A stretch of DNA of 64,000 nucleotides from an uncultured Alphaproteobacteria bacterium (GTDB lineage: Bacteria; Pseudomonadota; Alphaproteobacteria; SHNJ01), in contig CAZYJI010000001.1 of NCBI GenBank assembly GCA_964647725.1, positions 74,264 through 138,263 on the forward strand, read 5' to 3'. Within the stretch, counting starts at the first letter, position 1. The number at the start of each line of letters is the position of its first letter. Below are positions 31,718 through 41,700 of this stretch, piece after piece. The notes under the pieces were generated by a model, which saw only the letters and a program-made list of their open reading frames with translations, was not told where the DNA came from and made no database searches. The position numbers were made by a program, and so were the translations under genes.

Positions 31718-31987
31718 TTAGCGCGCAGAACGAGCAGCTTTCCGCCGGGCCAATTCTTCGCGGATAATAGTACTGCCGCTTTCTATGTCGCCATATTCAC
31801 TTGCATCAATTTCCGGATCGGTCGGCGGCGCAACCCGCAAAGTCGCCATCCAAAATCCATTGACGGCCAAACGGCATATTAGGCCGAAACTGCTGCATGC
31901 TTGCACAGTTTCCCGCGCTTGACCCATTTTGTTAGGATCATGCACGACCAAGGATCGTAAAGGTCCAATTCCCATTTTATTCTCCAA
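31718..31987 (-). CDS. Hypothetical protein (89 aa)
   Basis: ORF only. Co-directional with and upstream of the RNase D-like gene. No recognisable motif. Confidence 0.3.
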   Translation of the reverse strand: MENKMGIGPLRSLVVHDPNKMGQARETVQACSSFGLICRLAVNGFWMATLRVAPPTDPEIDASEYGDIESGSTIIREELARRKAARSAR

Positions 31988-32030
31988 CAGTTTTTTTGCG
32001 CCACGCGCGGGCGGGCCTTGCCGTCTTATT

Positions 32031-32051
32031 TGGTGCCGGAAGAGGACTCGA
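32031..32051. repeat. attL-like direct repeat (copy of tRNA-Leu 3' end, 1 indel)
   Basis: Sequence tggtgccggaagaggactcga matches 46718-46740 apart from one missing C. Confidence 0.75.
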
Positions 32052-32324
32052 TTAAGGCGTCTAAACTATTGATATTTATCATGATAATAGTATGATAAAT
32101 ATATAGTACCCCCACCGATACCCCCAGTAACATTAGCTGCCAGTATGGCACCAAGTTCTGGCAAGGCAGTAAACATCATGGGGTTTTGAAAGTCAATTTG
32201 TATCGGCCTTTTTTATTTTATCACCCCACCCCCGTGGCAGGAGGGGGGCGGGCAAAATCACTTTCCTGCCACCGATCTACAAAGCATCCCGCGAGGATTT
32301 TTAAAATTTTAAAATTGGCCTGCG

Positions 32325-32750
32325 ATGGAACAGATGACCGACTTCCCCTACCGTAGATTCGTTCAAATACCGATGCAACTGGTCATGTGCCACGACATGC
32401 ACGGCTCGGCCATGAAAACTTACGGTGCTCTATGCCTATTCGCGAATAAGAAGAACATATGCTGGCCCTCCATCCACACCCTCGCCCGCATCACAGGACT
32501 TTCTAAACGGCAAATAGCACGGCATTTGAAGGCGCTGGAGAAGAAGGAACTCATCATTATAAAACGGCGAGGTAAAAGCAGAGGCAAGCGCGGCGCAACC
32601 AGTGTCTATAAACTGGCTTTTGATTTTCGTGGCTCTTCCTTCATTTGGCAGCAAATTATGGCGGGCAGGCGACATGTATGGCAGGGAGAACCAAAAACAA
32701 ATCGGAAGACATGCGAATCTGAAGAAGGTTTGGGGGTCGTACACCTCTAA
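32325..32750 (+). CDS. Winged-helix HTH_36-like protein (island replication/regulatory protein)
   Basis: Motif ICWPSIHTLARITGLSKRQIARHLKALEKKELIIIKRRGK, the HTH_36 pattern common in integrative elements. Confidence 0.6.
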   Translation: MEQMTDFPYRRFVQIPMQLVMCHDMHGSAMKTYGALCLFANKKNICWPSIHTLARITGLSKRQIARHLKALEKKELIIIKRRGKSRGKRGATSVYKLAFDFRGSSFIWQQIMAGRRHVWQGEPKTNRKTCESEEGLGVVHL

Positions 32751-32893
32751 ATCATTGATTTACCTTGCAACCGTCGCGCGGGGATGAGTGCGCAGATATA
32801 ACAGCCTGTATTTGCCATTTTGTTGCTGTGTCCGCTCTGTACTCTTCCCATGCTCCTCCCATTCTTTCTTAGAAGTTAAGGGGCACAAGTAAA

Positions 32894-33160
32894 TTATTTT
32901 TTCTCAGTCAACGCTAGCAGTTCTTCCAGTTTTTCGGGATAGTCCAGGCCGAGAAAGTGTAGATAATCTAGAAACTCGAGCGCATCCATTCTGCGCTCGA
33001 ATCGCTCTATCTTTGACAATTGCCATTGGCCCAGGCCGGTCTGTTCGGCGATATCATTTTGCTTGATTCCCTGTTTTTTGCGCTCTTCCACCAGCCAATT
33101 GAGCAGGCGGCGGTAGCGCTTATCGTAAATCGTTGCAATCCTTGATTTTGTCTTGGCCAT
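32894..33160 (-). CDS. XRE-family HTH transcriptional regulator (island repressor candidate)
   Basis: HTH region LVEERKKQGIKQNDIAEQTGLGQWQLSKIERFER. Start taken at the internal Met (MAKTKS). Divergent from the lipoprotein operon. Confidence 0.65.
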   Translation of the reverse strand: MAKTKSRIATIYDKRYRRLLNWLVEERKKQGIKQNDIAEQTGLGQWQLSKIERFERRMDALEFLDYLHFLGLDYPEKLEELLALTEKK

Positions 33161-33232
33161 ACCCCTAGGGTTGCATGCCATTATAGCATATGCCAAAATA
33201 GCCAATATTTCACATAAATACGGGGTTAAATT

Positions 33233-33844
33233 ATGATTAGAGCAATAACTTTGGCGGCTATCTTATTATTAAGCGGATGCGTAACCACGCAGCGTTACGC
33301 GCAAAACTACACAACTATTGGCGAAGATCAGCAGGTTTGTGAACAGATTAATAAAGGTTTTCCGGAAATGGTGGATTGCCTCAATGAAAAAGTGACCCTT
33401 AAAGCCACGCAGCGAGGGCCGGATGTTGACTTGCAGCTGGCATATGTCACTAGGGCGCGCGCACTAGCGCAGAAAGTGCGCGACGGAAAGATTAGTGATA
33501 GCACCGCGCGCAAAACATTGGCCAAAGAGAAAGTTATCTTAGACGATCGCCTGGCCGAACGGCAAAATCAATATTATGAATCGCAACGACAAAAAGCGGC
33601 TGCGCCGGTACCAACCAACACTGACAATTTAGCTATTTTAAACTGCATTCAGGCCGCCAATTTAATTCCAAGATCGGGCGTAGGAGGTCCGGCTGCCGCT
33701 ATTGCTTCGTGCCACGAGAATCCTTATCGAGCAGAAGATAGATTTCAGCGGGAAAAAGAAGATATGGATCGCCGAAATCGAAAAATGATATGCAAGCCAG
33801 ATTACGCCGGTAAAGCTTTAGAATGTAGTGAGGAACCATTTTAG
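33233..33844 (+). CDS. Hypothetical Cys-rich lipoprotein
   Basis: Lipobox LLLSGC at residues 12-17 and several paired cysteines in the mature part. First gene of a three-gene + strand module. Confidence 0.55.
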   Translation: MIRAITLAAILLLSGCVTTQRYAQNYTTIGEDQQVCEQINKGFPEMVDCLNEKVTLKATQRGPDVDLQLAYVTRARALAQKVRDGKISDSTARKTLAKEKVILDDRLAERQNQYYESQRQKAAAPVPTNTDNLAILNCIQAANLIPRSGVGGPAAAIASCHENPYRAEDRFQREKEDMDRRNRKMICKPDYAGKALECSEEPF

Positions 33845-33846
33845 CC

Positions 33847-34089
33847 ATGACACGGAATCTAGTTTATGTTCCCGCCTCTTGTTACGATAAGAAAATATCT
33901 GAAAATTTAAAGTTAGCCCTTCTAAATTTGGCAAACCTTAAGCCTGAAGACTTGAAGCGCTTTACTTTCGTGGAAAGAATGATTCTTATCGACGAAGCCT
34001 TCTATGCCCTTAAGAAAGGAGTCTATAATAGGCTCGATGTTCTATCAGATGAAACAAACCAAAAATATGGTGCTCACGCCATTAAATAA
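33847..34089 (+). CDS. Hypothetical protein (80 aa)
   Basis: ORF 3 nt downstream of the lipoprotein gene. No recognisable motif. Confidence 0.4.
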   Translation: MTRNLVYVPASCYDKKISENLKLALLNLANLKPEDLKRFTFVERMILIDEAFYALKKGVYNRLDVLSDETNQKYGAHAIK

Positions 34090-34188
34090 CGTCTTGGATC
34101 AAGCCAACCCTGAACTCCAGAAATGCAATAGTAATGGCGATCTAAAACCATTTCCCTTATACTATTTGAAAATGTGCTTAGGTGAGCA

Positions 34189-35520
34189 ATGGAAACAAAG
34201 AATTCTTCCGCGCATTCTCAATGCCCTTTAGCCGCTGTTGATAAGCGGCTTGAAGATGCCCATCGGCTTTGGCACCAAGCAGAACAATCTTATTTTGATC
34301 CTGAAGCTTTTCGGTTGGCAGCTCAGAACACCATACAGACTCTGCGCACCGTTTCTTTCGTTCTGCAAAATCATAAGCGGACAATACCAGACTTCGATCA
34401 ATGGTATGGCTCGCAACAAGAAAAGATGCGTGCCAATCCGTTACTGCGCTGGATAGTGGAAGCTCGCAATAAAATTGAGAAACAAGGCGATCTTGAATCG
34501 CATAGCTTAGTTCGAGTGGAAACCATCGCCTCATATCTCGATAATGGCCCAAGCATTGAAATTCCCTTTGATCTTTTTTCTCCTTCCACTCCAGCTCTCC
34601 TTCGGGAAAGCATCCCCAAAACTCCATTAGGCGATTACATAGTTAAATATGGGTCTTTGCGCATACAACGGCGGTGGGTTGAAAACAGCTTGCCCGATTA
34701 CGAACTCCTTGACGCATTGGCCATCGCTTATGGTCATATGTCCGAACTAGTTCATGACGCTCATCGTCAAATGAGCCTACCGCCGCCTAGCGTTATTAAC
34801 TGTGACGGCACTAAGGAGTTTACGTCACCCATGTTAAAGGGGAGGATGCCGTGCATGATAGGCCATCATGATCCGCGCTCTCTTATTATTTCACTAAAAG
34901 ACGGTAAAATTTTAGAATTTGAACGCAGAGGAATGATTTCTGATACGAAGATCGCGGAAATCGCTTCTGAACGTTATGAGATTGGTCCCGATAATTTCAA
35001 AAAGAATGTAGCTAACATAGAAGAACTAGCAGCAATGTATTTTCAAATTGCTCGTACGCTATTTCTAAAAGATGGTTATCACATAGATACGCTATTGTTT
35101 ATACGCGACATTAAAGTAATTAGTATGTGCGAAATTAGGATGGATAACTCACGACAGAACTATCATATTATGCGCAAAATGGCGGATGAAGCTACTCGTA
35201 TCGGAGCTGACGCCGCCATAAGAATAAATGAGATATGGGCGGCTCCCGCCAATGAATTGAGCCAGTATCAACGACCAGCTGAATATGTAGGTCGCAAGGA
35301 AGGACTCGCCTTATTTTTGGTAGGGAAAACAGGGCATCCTATTCATTTTTACGCTGACATAACAAGAAAAGAAGGTAAGGCAAGTCTCGGAGATACAGTT
35401 ATTCATCACGGTGGCGCCCCTTTCATTTTTGCACCTTTTTATCAAGCATGGGGACGTACAATACCTACAGAGTGGGAGACTCTTGAGGAAACGATGGAGG
35501 GGCTTAATAAGCAATCGTAA
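34189..35520 (+). CDS. Hypothetical protein (443 aa), uncharacterized island cargo
   Basis: Long ORF with no motif I can recognise. Cytoplasmic, with no TM or signal peptide. Confidence 0.55.
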   Translation: METKNSSAHSQCPLAAVDKRLEDAHRLWHQAEQSYFDPEAFRLAAQNTIQTLRTVSFVLQNHKRTIPDFDQWYGSQQEKMRANPLLRWIVEARNKIEKQGDLESHSLVRVETIASYLDNGPSIEIPFDLFSPSTPALLRESIPKTPLGDYIVKYGSLRIQRRWVENSLPDYELLDALAIAYGHMSELVHDAHRQMSLPPPSVINCDGTKEFTSPMLKGRMPCMIGHHDPRSLIISLKDGKILEFERRGMISDTKIAEIASERYEIGPDNFKKNVANIEELAAMYFQIARTLFLKDGYHIDTLLFIRDIKVISMCEIRMDNSRQNYHIMRKMADEATRIGADAAIRINEIWAAPANELSQYQRPAEYVGRKEGLALFLVGKTGHPIHFYADITRKEGKASLGDTVIHHGGAPFIFAPFYQAWGRTIPTEWETLEETMEGLNKQS

Positions 35521-35530
35521 TAAATTAATT

Positions 35531-35995
35531 TTAGGCCGCTTGCGCCGCTTCAATTTCAGCGAGATCCATTGCGAAATCAAAAACTATCTGGATTGGTTCC
35601 GCTTCCACATGCGCATCGTTGTAGCTGTCCACATCAGTTTTAAGTTGACGACAGTCTCCCACTATCGCTTGCCGTCTTTGCTGAAATGATATTTGCATAT
35701 GGTGTCTGGGAGCTGTGCGAATATCATCCCAAAGCACCATTTGTTCATCACCTTTGCGCGTAGAAGCAGGATGCAAGAGCCTTACACGACGCCCTTTTTT
35801 ATCCGTGATATATTCTTCACGCATAGCTGAAGCTACATCTTCCGCGCATTTGCTTATTGCGGCAGAAGCTGGAAGCTCCCAACGACCAGTGCGAATAGCC
35901 CAGGCCGCAATTGTTTTTGCAGCAGCAGGCCAAGGCTCACCCGAGCCTCTGTAGTCCTCAACAATTTTCTGCATTTGTTTAGTATATGTTGCCAT
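35531..35995 (-). CDS. Hypothetical protein (154 aa), downstream of higA-peptidase fusion
   Basis: ORF 10 nt after the HigA-like gene on the same strand. No motif recognised. Confidence 0.4.
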   Translation of the reverse strand: MATYTKQMQKIVEDYRGSGEPWPAAAKTIAAWAIRTGRWELPASAAISKCAEDVASAMREEYITDKKGRRVRLLHPASTRKGDEQMVLWDDIRTAPRHHMQISFQQRRQAIVGDCRQLKTDVDSYNDAHVEAEPIQIVFDFAMDLAEIEAAQAA

Positions 35996-36005
35996 AAGTG
36001 CTCTC

Positions 36006-37142
36006 CTATATGTTTATTGGTCCTGTGTGGCCATATCCGTCGGTAAGTGCGGACTGAATTATAATATGCCGTACTTTTAATTGATGCCTTCTGAATAAAT
36101 CCCATCGTTCCGTGCGCCTTTGTAACTGGCCAGCTACTATGCCTGGATGACGCTTAATTAGGCGCGCAAATCCAATCAAATTCTTTTCTGAATACATTGG
36201 ATCAAGACGAGCTATGAAATGCTTTATTTCTTTTTCCGGAACACAAAAATTACTAGCCGCTTGATTAGCTGCTTTTTCACAATCATTTGTATTGGAAGCA
36301 GGCTCATTTGCTTCAAACTCATCCACCATAATAGAATCTTTGCCATCCCCTCTAAGTACATGCTCAATCTCATGCCGAAGGGTAAACCAAAACCTATCTA
36401 TATAGTCTCCTTTAAGAGAGAGACCTATTACGGGAGAGTGTGCGTTCAGCCAGAAACACACCCCATCAATCTTTGATCCAGGAATAGGTTCTACTATTAC
36501 AAATCGTACCCCACATTCAGATAAAATCCCAGGAATGTGGCGCGCTTCTTCTGGCTCCGTCATTAGTAATTCAAGATTAACTAAAGCAGAACGCAATTTC
36601 TGTTCATTATATTTAGGAATTTGTAACGCAGTTGCCAAATGTTTTACACGAAAAATCCATGCGAGCTGTGCTGAGGAAAGATTCTCACTATAATTTCTCC
36701 GCGCGGCATGGGATAATTTCGGCATGTCATCTAAGGATGTAATACCAAAGAAATCAAGAACCCTAGTTTCTATTACTTCAAAGTTTTTTGAAGACTCAAT
36801 CCAGCCGCGCTTTATCATTTCTCGAACTGGAAATTTTTCACGAAGTTGGGCTTCTTTCCTAATTCTTTCAGGAACAGGATCGACGCGCGATAGTTGATAT
36901 GCAGATTCAAGATTGAGCCAAAATTCCGCACTAGTGCCAAATGCAGCAGCGATCGCTTGGGCTGTCTCCGGAGTGATGCCGCGCTTACCACTTATAATTT
37001 CGCTAATTAAGCGTGGCGGACGACCGATAATTTCGGCAAATTCTCCCTGATTCCAACCGCGCGCTTCTAGCTCGTCATGAAGATATTCTCCTGGTGGAAA
37101 TATCTCTGCTGGTTTTCTTTGTTTCATGGGTCTGTCTCTCAT
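36006..37142 (-). CDS. higA: HigA-like XRE HTH antitoxin fused to ImmA/IrrE-type (COG2856) zinc metallopeptidase domain
   Basis: N-terminus PGEYLHDELEARGWNQGEFAEIIGRPPRLISEIISGKRGITPETAQAIAAAFGTSAEFWLNLESAY matches the HigA family. The C-terminal domain carries an HEIEH zinc-binding motif. Confidence 0.7.
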   Translation of the reverse strand: MRDRPMKQRKPAEIFPPGEYLHDELEARGWNQGEFAEIIGRPPRLISEIISGKRGITPETAQAIAAAFGTSAEFWLNLESAYQLSRVDPVPERIRKEAQLREKFPVREMIKRGWIESSKNFEVIETRVLDFFGITSLDDMPKLSHAARRNYSENLSSAQLAWIFRVKHLATALQIPKYNEQKLRSALVNLELLMTEPEEARHIPGILSECGVRFVIVEPIPGSKIDGVCFWLNAHSPVIGLSLKGDYIDRFWFTLRHEIEHVLRGDGKDSIMVDEFEANEPASNTNDCEKAANQAASNFCVPEKEIKHFIARLDPMYSEKNLIGFARLIKRHPGIVAGQLQRRTERWDLFRRHQLKVRHIIIQSALTDGYGHTGPINI

Positions 37143-37147
37143 AATAA

Positions 37148-37477
37148 TCAGTGATAATCTGTAATTTCTATAACTCTAATCGTTTTCATCAGGGCGGTTT
37201 CATGCACTTCAATAATCAGCCGCCATTGATCATTTATCCTCAACGAATATTGATGCTTACGATCACCTTGCAATTTTTTAAAACGGAGGCCCCTTAATTG
37301 ATGCAAATCCTTTTCATCAGCAACGGCTCGAATAGCCTGCATGACTTTTCGGAACCCTTTGACTATCGGCTGGGAGAAGCCAGCCGTAAATTTCGGATCG
37401 GTTTCTAGTCGATCTAAATCAGCATCATCAAATTCAACTTCCATTTTCTTTATACCCTGTTTTTTTGGAATTGTCAA
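37148..37477 (-). CDS. higB: HigB-like RelE/ParE-superfamily toxin (plasmid maintenance system killer protein)
   Basis: C-terminal region GDRKHQYSLRINDQWRLIIEVHETALMKTIRVIEITDYH, typical of HigB. It sits upstream of its antitoxin with a 5-nt gap, the reversed TA order that is the HigBA hallmark. Confidence 0.7.
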   Translation of the reverse strand: MTIPKKQGIKKMEVEFDDADLDRLETDPKFTAGFSQPIVKGFRKVMQAIRAVADEKDLHQLRGLRFKKLQGDRKHQYSLRINDQWRLIIEVHETALMKTIRVIEITDYH

Positions 37478-37591
37478 GTACGAAATTACACATAATGTAA
37501 AAATGATATATTGTAAATAAAAATATAATCCATATATAACAATATGTTAATCATGTATTACTGCATAGAGGGGGCAAAAAAGTGGTGAGCT

Positions 37592-38701
37592 TTAAGCTTT
37601 TGGACTTGCCACAATGGTTTTATCGTAGCCAGGGAATTTCTGCTTTAATCTTTCGACTGTCGCCCGCCATTTAGGTTTTGTAGGCTTACACACAGTGTTT
37701 TGATTACCAAAAAAACCTATTTCCTTAATTGCTTTTTCCAAAGACACGGCTTGAATCCATTCGATAGGCACGAAATATTCGCAGCGCTCAGGATCGTCCA
37801 AATATTCACGATGATAGCTGGCTCGTTTTACAACATCTAGCACTGGCATTTTGCCCTGGGAGGTGTCTACTTGGAATGTTGCGGCGGGCTGGACTCGGCC
37901 AATAGCGCGACCGACCCCAACATATCCAGAGCCGGGTATATTCACCCAAACACGGTCGCCGGGGTTAAGCAGTTGTAGGGTTTTGCTATACCATCTACCG
38001 CCCCCGCCACAAATGAATCCATATTGTACAGCATCCGCCCAAGACCGCACCTCACTTTCACCGAACGATGAATAAAATTCACCGTTCCAAGGTTCGCTTT
38101 GGTTATCCGGTGCAGTGGCGGCGCTAATTTGAGTTTGGGCCGGGTCTAACAACCAGGCGCGGCTTAGCAATTGATCGTCACCATAATTAAAAACCTGAAA
38201 GCAAACTACATTGATTGGAATATCGCGCTCGCTAAGATAGGCAATTATGCGTTCACTGCTTTCATCTATAGCCGAAGCAACCACAATAATTTGGTGGCTT
38301 TCGTTTAAAGATTCTTCATCCAATTCCTGGTTAAAACGCTTGTGGAAATCTTCCGCAAGATTGCCGCCTTTAGTAAACCGACTATAAATAGCATTGATAT
38401 TCTCGGGTTTTAATTTAGAAACCCAGCTTGCATAGTCAATCGCCTGCGCAACAACTTCGCGCGGGGTGCGGTCTCTCTTTAATTCTATCAATATCAGCAC
38501 GCCATCCGGCGCAATTGCCAATAAATCGATTCGCCCACCATAACCGGTGTCTTCTTGCCGACCAATAAACATCCAATTTTCGTCTAATATCCTAGGATCA
38601 GCAAGAATCATGTCTTCCAGCAATCTTTCGCTGGGCAGAATCGCCTCGATCAATGGCTGGGGTTGTTGACCAACTTTCCAAATGGCATGACGAATGGGCA
38701 T
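37592..38701 (-). CDS. NucS-like PD-(D/E)xK nuclease domain fused to PUA/EVE-like domain (candidate modification-reading nuclease)
   Basis: N-terminal half GGRIDLLAIAPDGVLILIELKRD is the NucS/RecB-type D...ExK core. C-terminal half GDRVWVNIPGSGYVGVGRAIGRV...YFVPIEWIQAVSLEKAI resembles the EVE/PUA-like fold. Lies 5 nt downstream of the MmeI-like gene. Confidence 0.5.
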   Translation of the reverse strand: MPIRHAIWKVGQQPQPLIEAILPSERLLEDMILADPRILDENWMFIGRQEDTGYGGRIDLLAIAPDGVLILIELKRDRTPREVVAQAIDYASWVSKLKPENINAIYSRFTKGGNLAEDFHKRFNQELDEESLNESHQIIVVASAIDESSERIIAYLSERDIPINVVCFQVFNYGDDQLLSRAWLLDPAQTQISAATAPDNQSEPWNGEFYSSFGESEVRSWADAVQYGFICGGGGRWYSKTLQLLNPGDRVWVNIPGSGYVGVGRAIGRVQPAATFQVDTSQGKMPVLDVVKRASYHREYLDDPERCEYFVPIEWIQAVSLEKAIKEIGFFGNQNTVCKPTKPKWRATVERLKQKFPGYDKTIVASPKA

Positions 38702-38706
38702 GAGTT

Positions 38707-41700
38707 TTAGCCCGCTGCTTCTGGCAAGAAACTAATTTTATCTATTTCTTGCATAGTTTTTGCGGTTTCGGCTAGCGCCACAATTATGCGCTGCCAATGA
38801 CGAATGTCTTCAATAGTCAATTTTCGGTCTTTTCGGTCTTTCAGCCATTTTTGTGCAGGCTGATAACCGCCAATATAAAAATCCCAGGCTTCTTGTGGCA
38901 CATTGCCAAAGTATTGAGAGTCATTAATCCATACTTTGCCTTTTTCAAAACGTTGTTTTTTAACTTCATGCAGCCCATCAACCGGATATGTGGTAATTTG
39001 AGTATCCAATCTTGGACTTTCCATTAAATGCAACTCACGCAAATAAGCGCCTTTCTCTGCTAATCCATGAAAAATCTTAGTGTTCGTTGGGTAAGGAATA
39101 TAAGGAAAGTCTGACTTCAAAAACTCAGCATAGCGCTTACGATAGGTGGGGCTGTGGAGTACTGCATAGACATAATCAAACAAAGCCTCTGGCGTGGTGT
39201 CAGGAACTGTTTTCTTGATTTGGCCGAAGATTTTAGGATCGAGATTGGGTCTTCTTTGTTCTTTGCTTTGAAGCCCTTCCCCATAAAGCCAAAGGGGATA
39301 ATATAAACAAATACCTTTATTGCTGATGAAGGTACGGTTATCAATTAGTTCTCTACTAACAAAGCTATAACAATAATCCGGCACATTGTAGGCATAGTGT
39401 CTCATACTCAACAAACCGAGATTCTCTCCCGCACAAAAGTGGCGCATGACTTCTGGTCTAGGCATACATAGGAAACCACGAGATTGCCCCGTGTAATAAG
39501 TCCAGCGCGTATCGAAAGGTCGATAGCTAATAGCTCTGATATTATCAGGATTTAAGCCAGTATTCTTCAAATCATTCTGCGCCCACTCCACCCGCCAATC
39601 TCGCACATCCTTACCCAAATTGTATTCTTGGCGCGCATCTTCTATTGGCAGCATGCTAAAATTTTGAATGGTACGGATAAGATCATCGCGCTTTTCATGA
39701 ATAGTCAATTCATCCCGCGCCGTAACGATACCAACGGAATTGATGGGGAACAAAACATTCAAGGCAAAGCCTTTGTGATATTCAGCGCCTGATTTGTTAT
39801 CTTGGGGAATAAAAAAATAAAACGGCGCACGTAGAACCAGTTGTTTAAATGGCAGTTTGTTAATGCTGCCTATTTGTAGTGCATCATATTTGTTTTCGCG
39901 GCTGCCCCATAAATCGGCATGAAAAACCCTAGCTAGTTGCTTTTGTGTTTTTCCAGTTGGTTTGGCCTTAACCGCGATAATTATTGCTACTCCTTGTTGA
40001 ATATCAAACACATTCTTATCAGGCTTGCCATCAGGGGATGTTTCTTTTTGCTTTGCATTACCGTGTAAATCCAGAACATAGATATCATCAAAAGTGTTCA
40101 GTAAATGCCAGCGCATACCACGAAAAGTAGGATTATTTAGATATCCATGATTGGTTATATAAGCCAAAATTCCTTCCGCATTTTTTTGTATATAATGCTC
40201 TCCGAGACGTATGAATTTTACATAATCATCATTTAGCCATTTGGAGTTTCTTTCTTTAAGCTTGCCCCCGCTAGGCTCCTGTTTATATGCATTCATCAAG
40301 CCCATAATCCAATCACCCTTATTGGCACTTTCGCCACTATAGGGAGGGTTGCCGATAGCCACCATAATAGGCATATCTTTTTTGATGCGGCTGGCTTCGT
40401 TAGCTTCCCGGGATAGCCAGTTGGCAAACAAGGTATCAACATCAGGGTGGTACTCTTCAAGACTGTTCGTTAGATAAACACTTAAGCGCGGAGGATTATT
40501 GGCGTTAGATGGCTTGTAACCGGTTTCCTGTAGCAATAGATCTAGCTTCATATGACACATAGCATAAGAAGCCATTAACAATTCAAACCCGTGCATGCGC
40601 GGCAACAAATCGCGCTCAATATAGCTGCTCCATAAACCCTCTTGTCCTTGGAATTTTTTATAAATTTGTTTAATGATTTCGGCTAGGAAAGTGCCGGTGC
40701 CTGTGGCTACGTCCAGAAGCTGAACTTTATGTACTTCACGCACTTCCATTTTGCGACCAGTTTTAGTTCGTTGATCTTTTTCTTGTGATTCTATTTCAAT
40801 ACTAACTTTACTGGTATCAGCCAGCCCGTCTTTAAGATTAAAATGTTTTTTCAACACATCATCAACGGCACGAACAATAAAATTCACTACTGGTTCCGGC
40901 GTGTACCATACCCCCCGCGCCTTACGGAGGGACTTATCGTATTCCGCGAGAAAAGTTTCATAAAAATGAAGGATGGGGTCGTTCTGTCCCGTGGCTGTCC
41001 CGAAATCATGCAGGATAGATGGAAGATCGGTATAGCGATACACCTCGCACAGTGCGTCGATAATCCAAATAACGCGATCATCTAATTCAGGGCCGGCTAT
41101 ATAATGAAATAATTGTCTTAGAAATGGATTGCTTTTAGGGATTAAGGTCAAGGCCTCTGCGCGGGAAAAATCATGTAAGCTTTTATCATGTAAACGTGCA
41201 GTAAATAAACCATAAGTGATCGTTTGGGCATAGACATCTGCAAATTGTTTCGCATCCATGTCATGAACTAGTACTTTCTGAAATGCCGTTAATTGATCAT
41301 GTAGGGAGGTGTTCTCATTGCTTTCCAAAAGAGCTTTATGAAATACATCACGCATTAGGCGCGCTTTACGCGCCATCATCTCGGCCAATTTTTTAGCCGA
41401 TTTAATCGTTTGGCCTTGGAAAGCAGCAAAATCAATCAAGTGGTCTTTGAGACGATTATAATTTTCAGGTATCGAATTAATTTTCCCAGACGGGCCTATT
41501 TCGCCTATCCGGATCGTTTCAACTTTTTTGCCGTGCAAGAAAAATCGAAATTCAAGATAGTCCGTTAGAATCAAATTATCTAAGCTATCAAAATAACGCT
41601 TTAGTTGATCGTCTTTCTCGGCTTTATCTAGATTGATCCCTATATCTTTAGCCTCGATATAACCAACATCAATTTTACGTCGGGTCAAAATAAAATCAGG

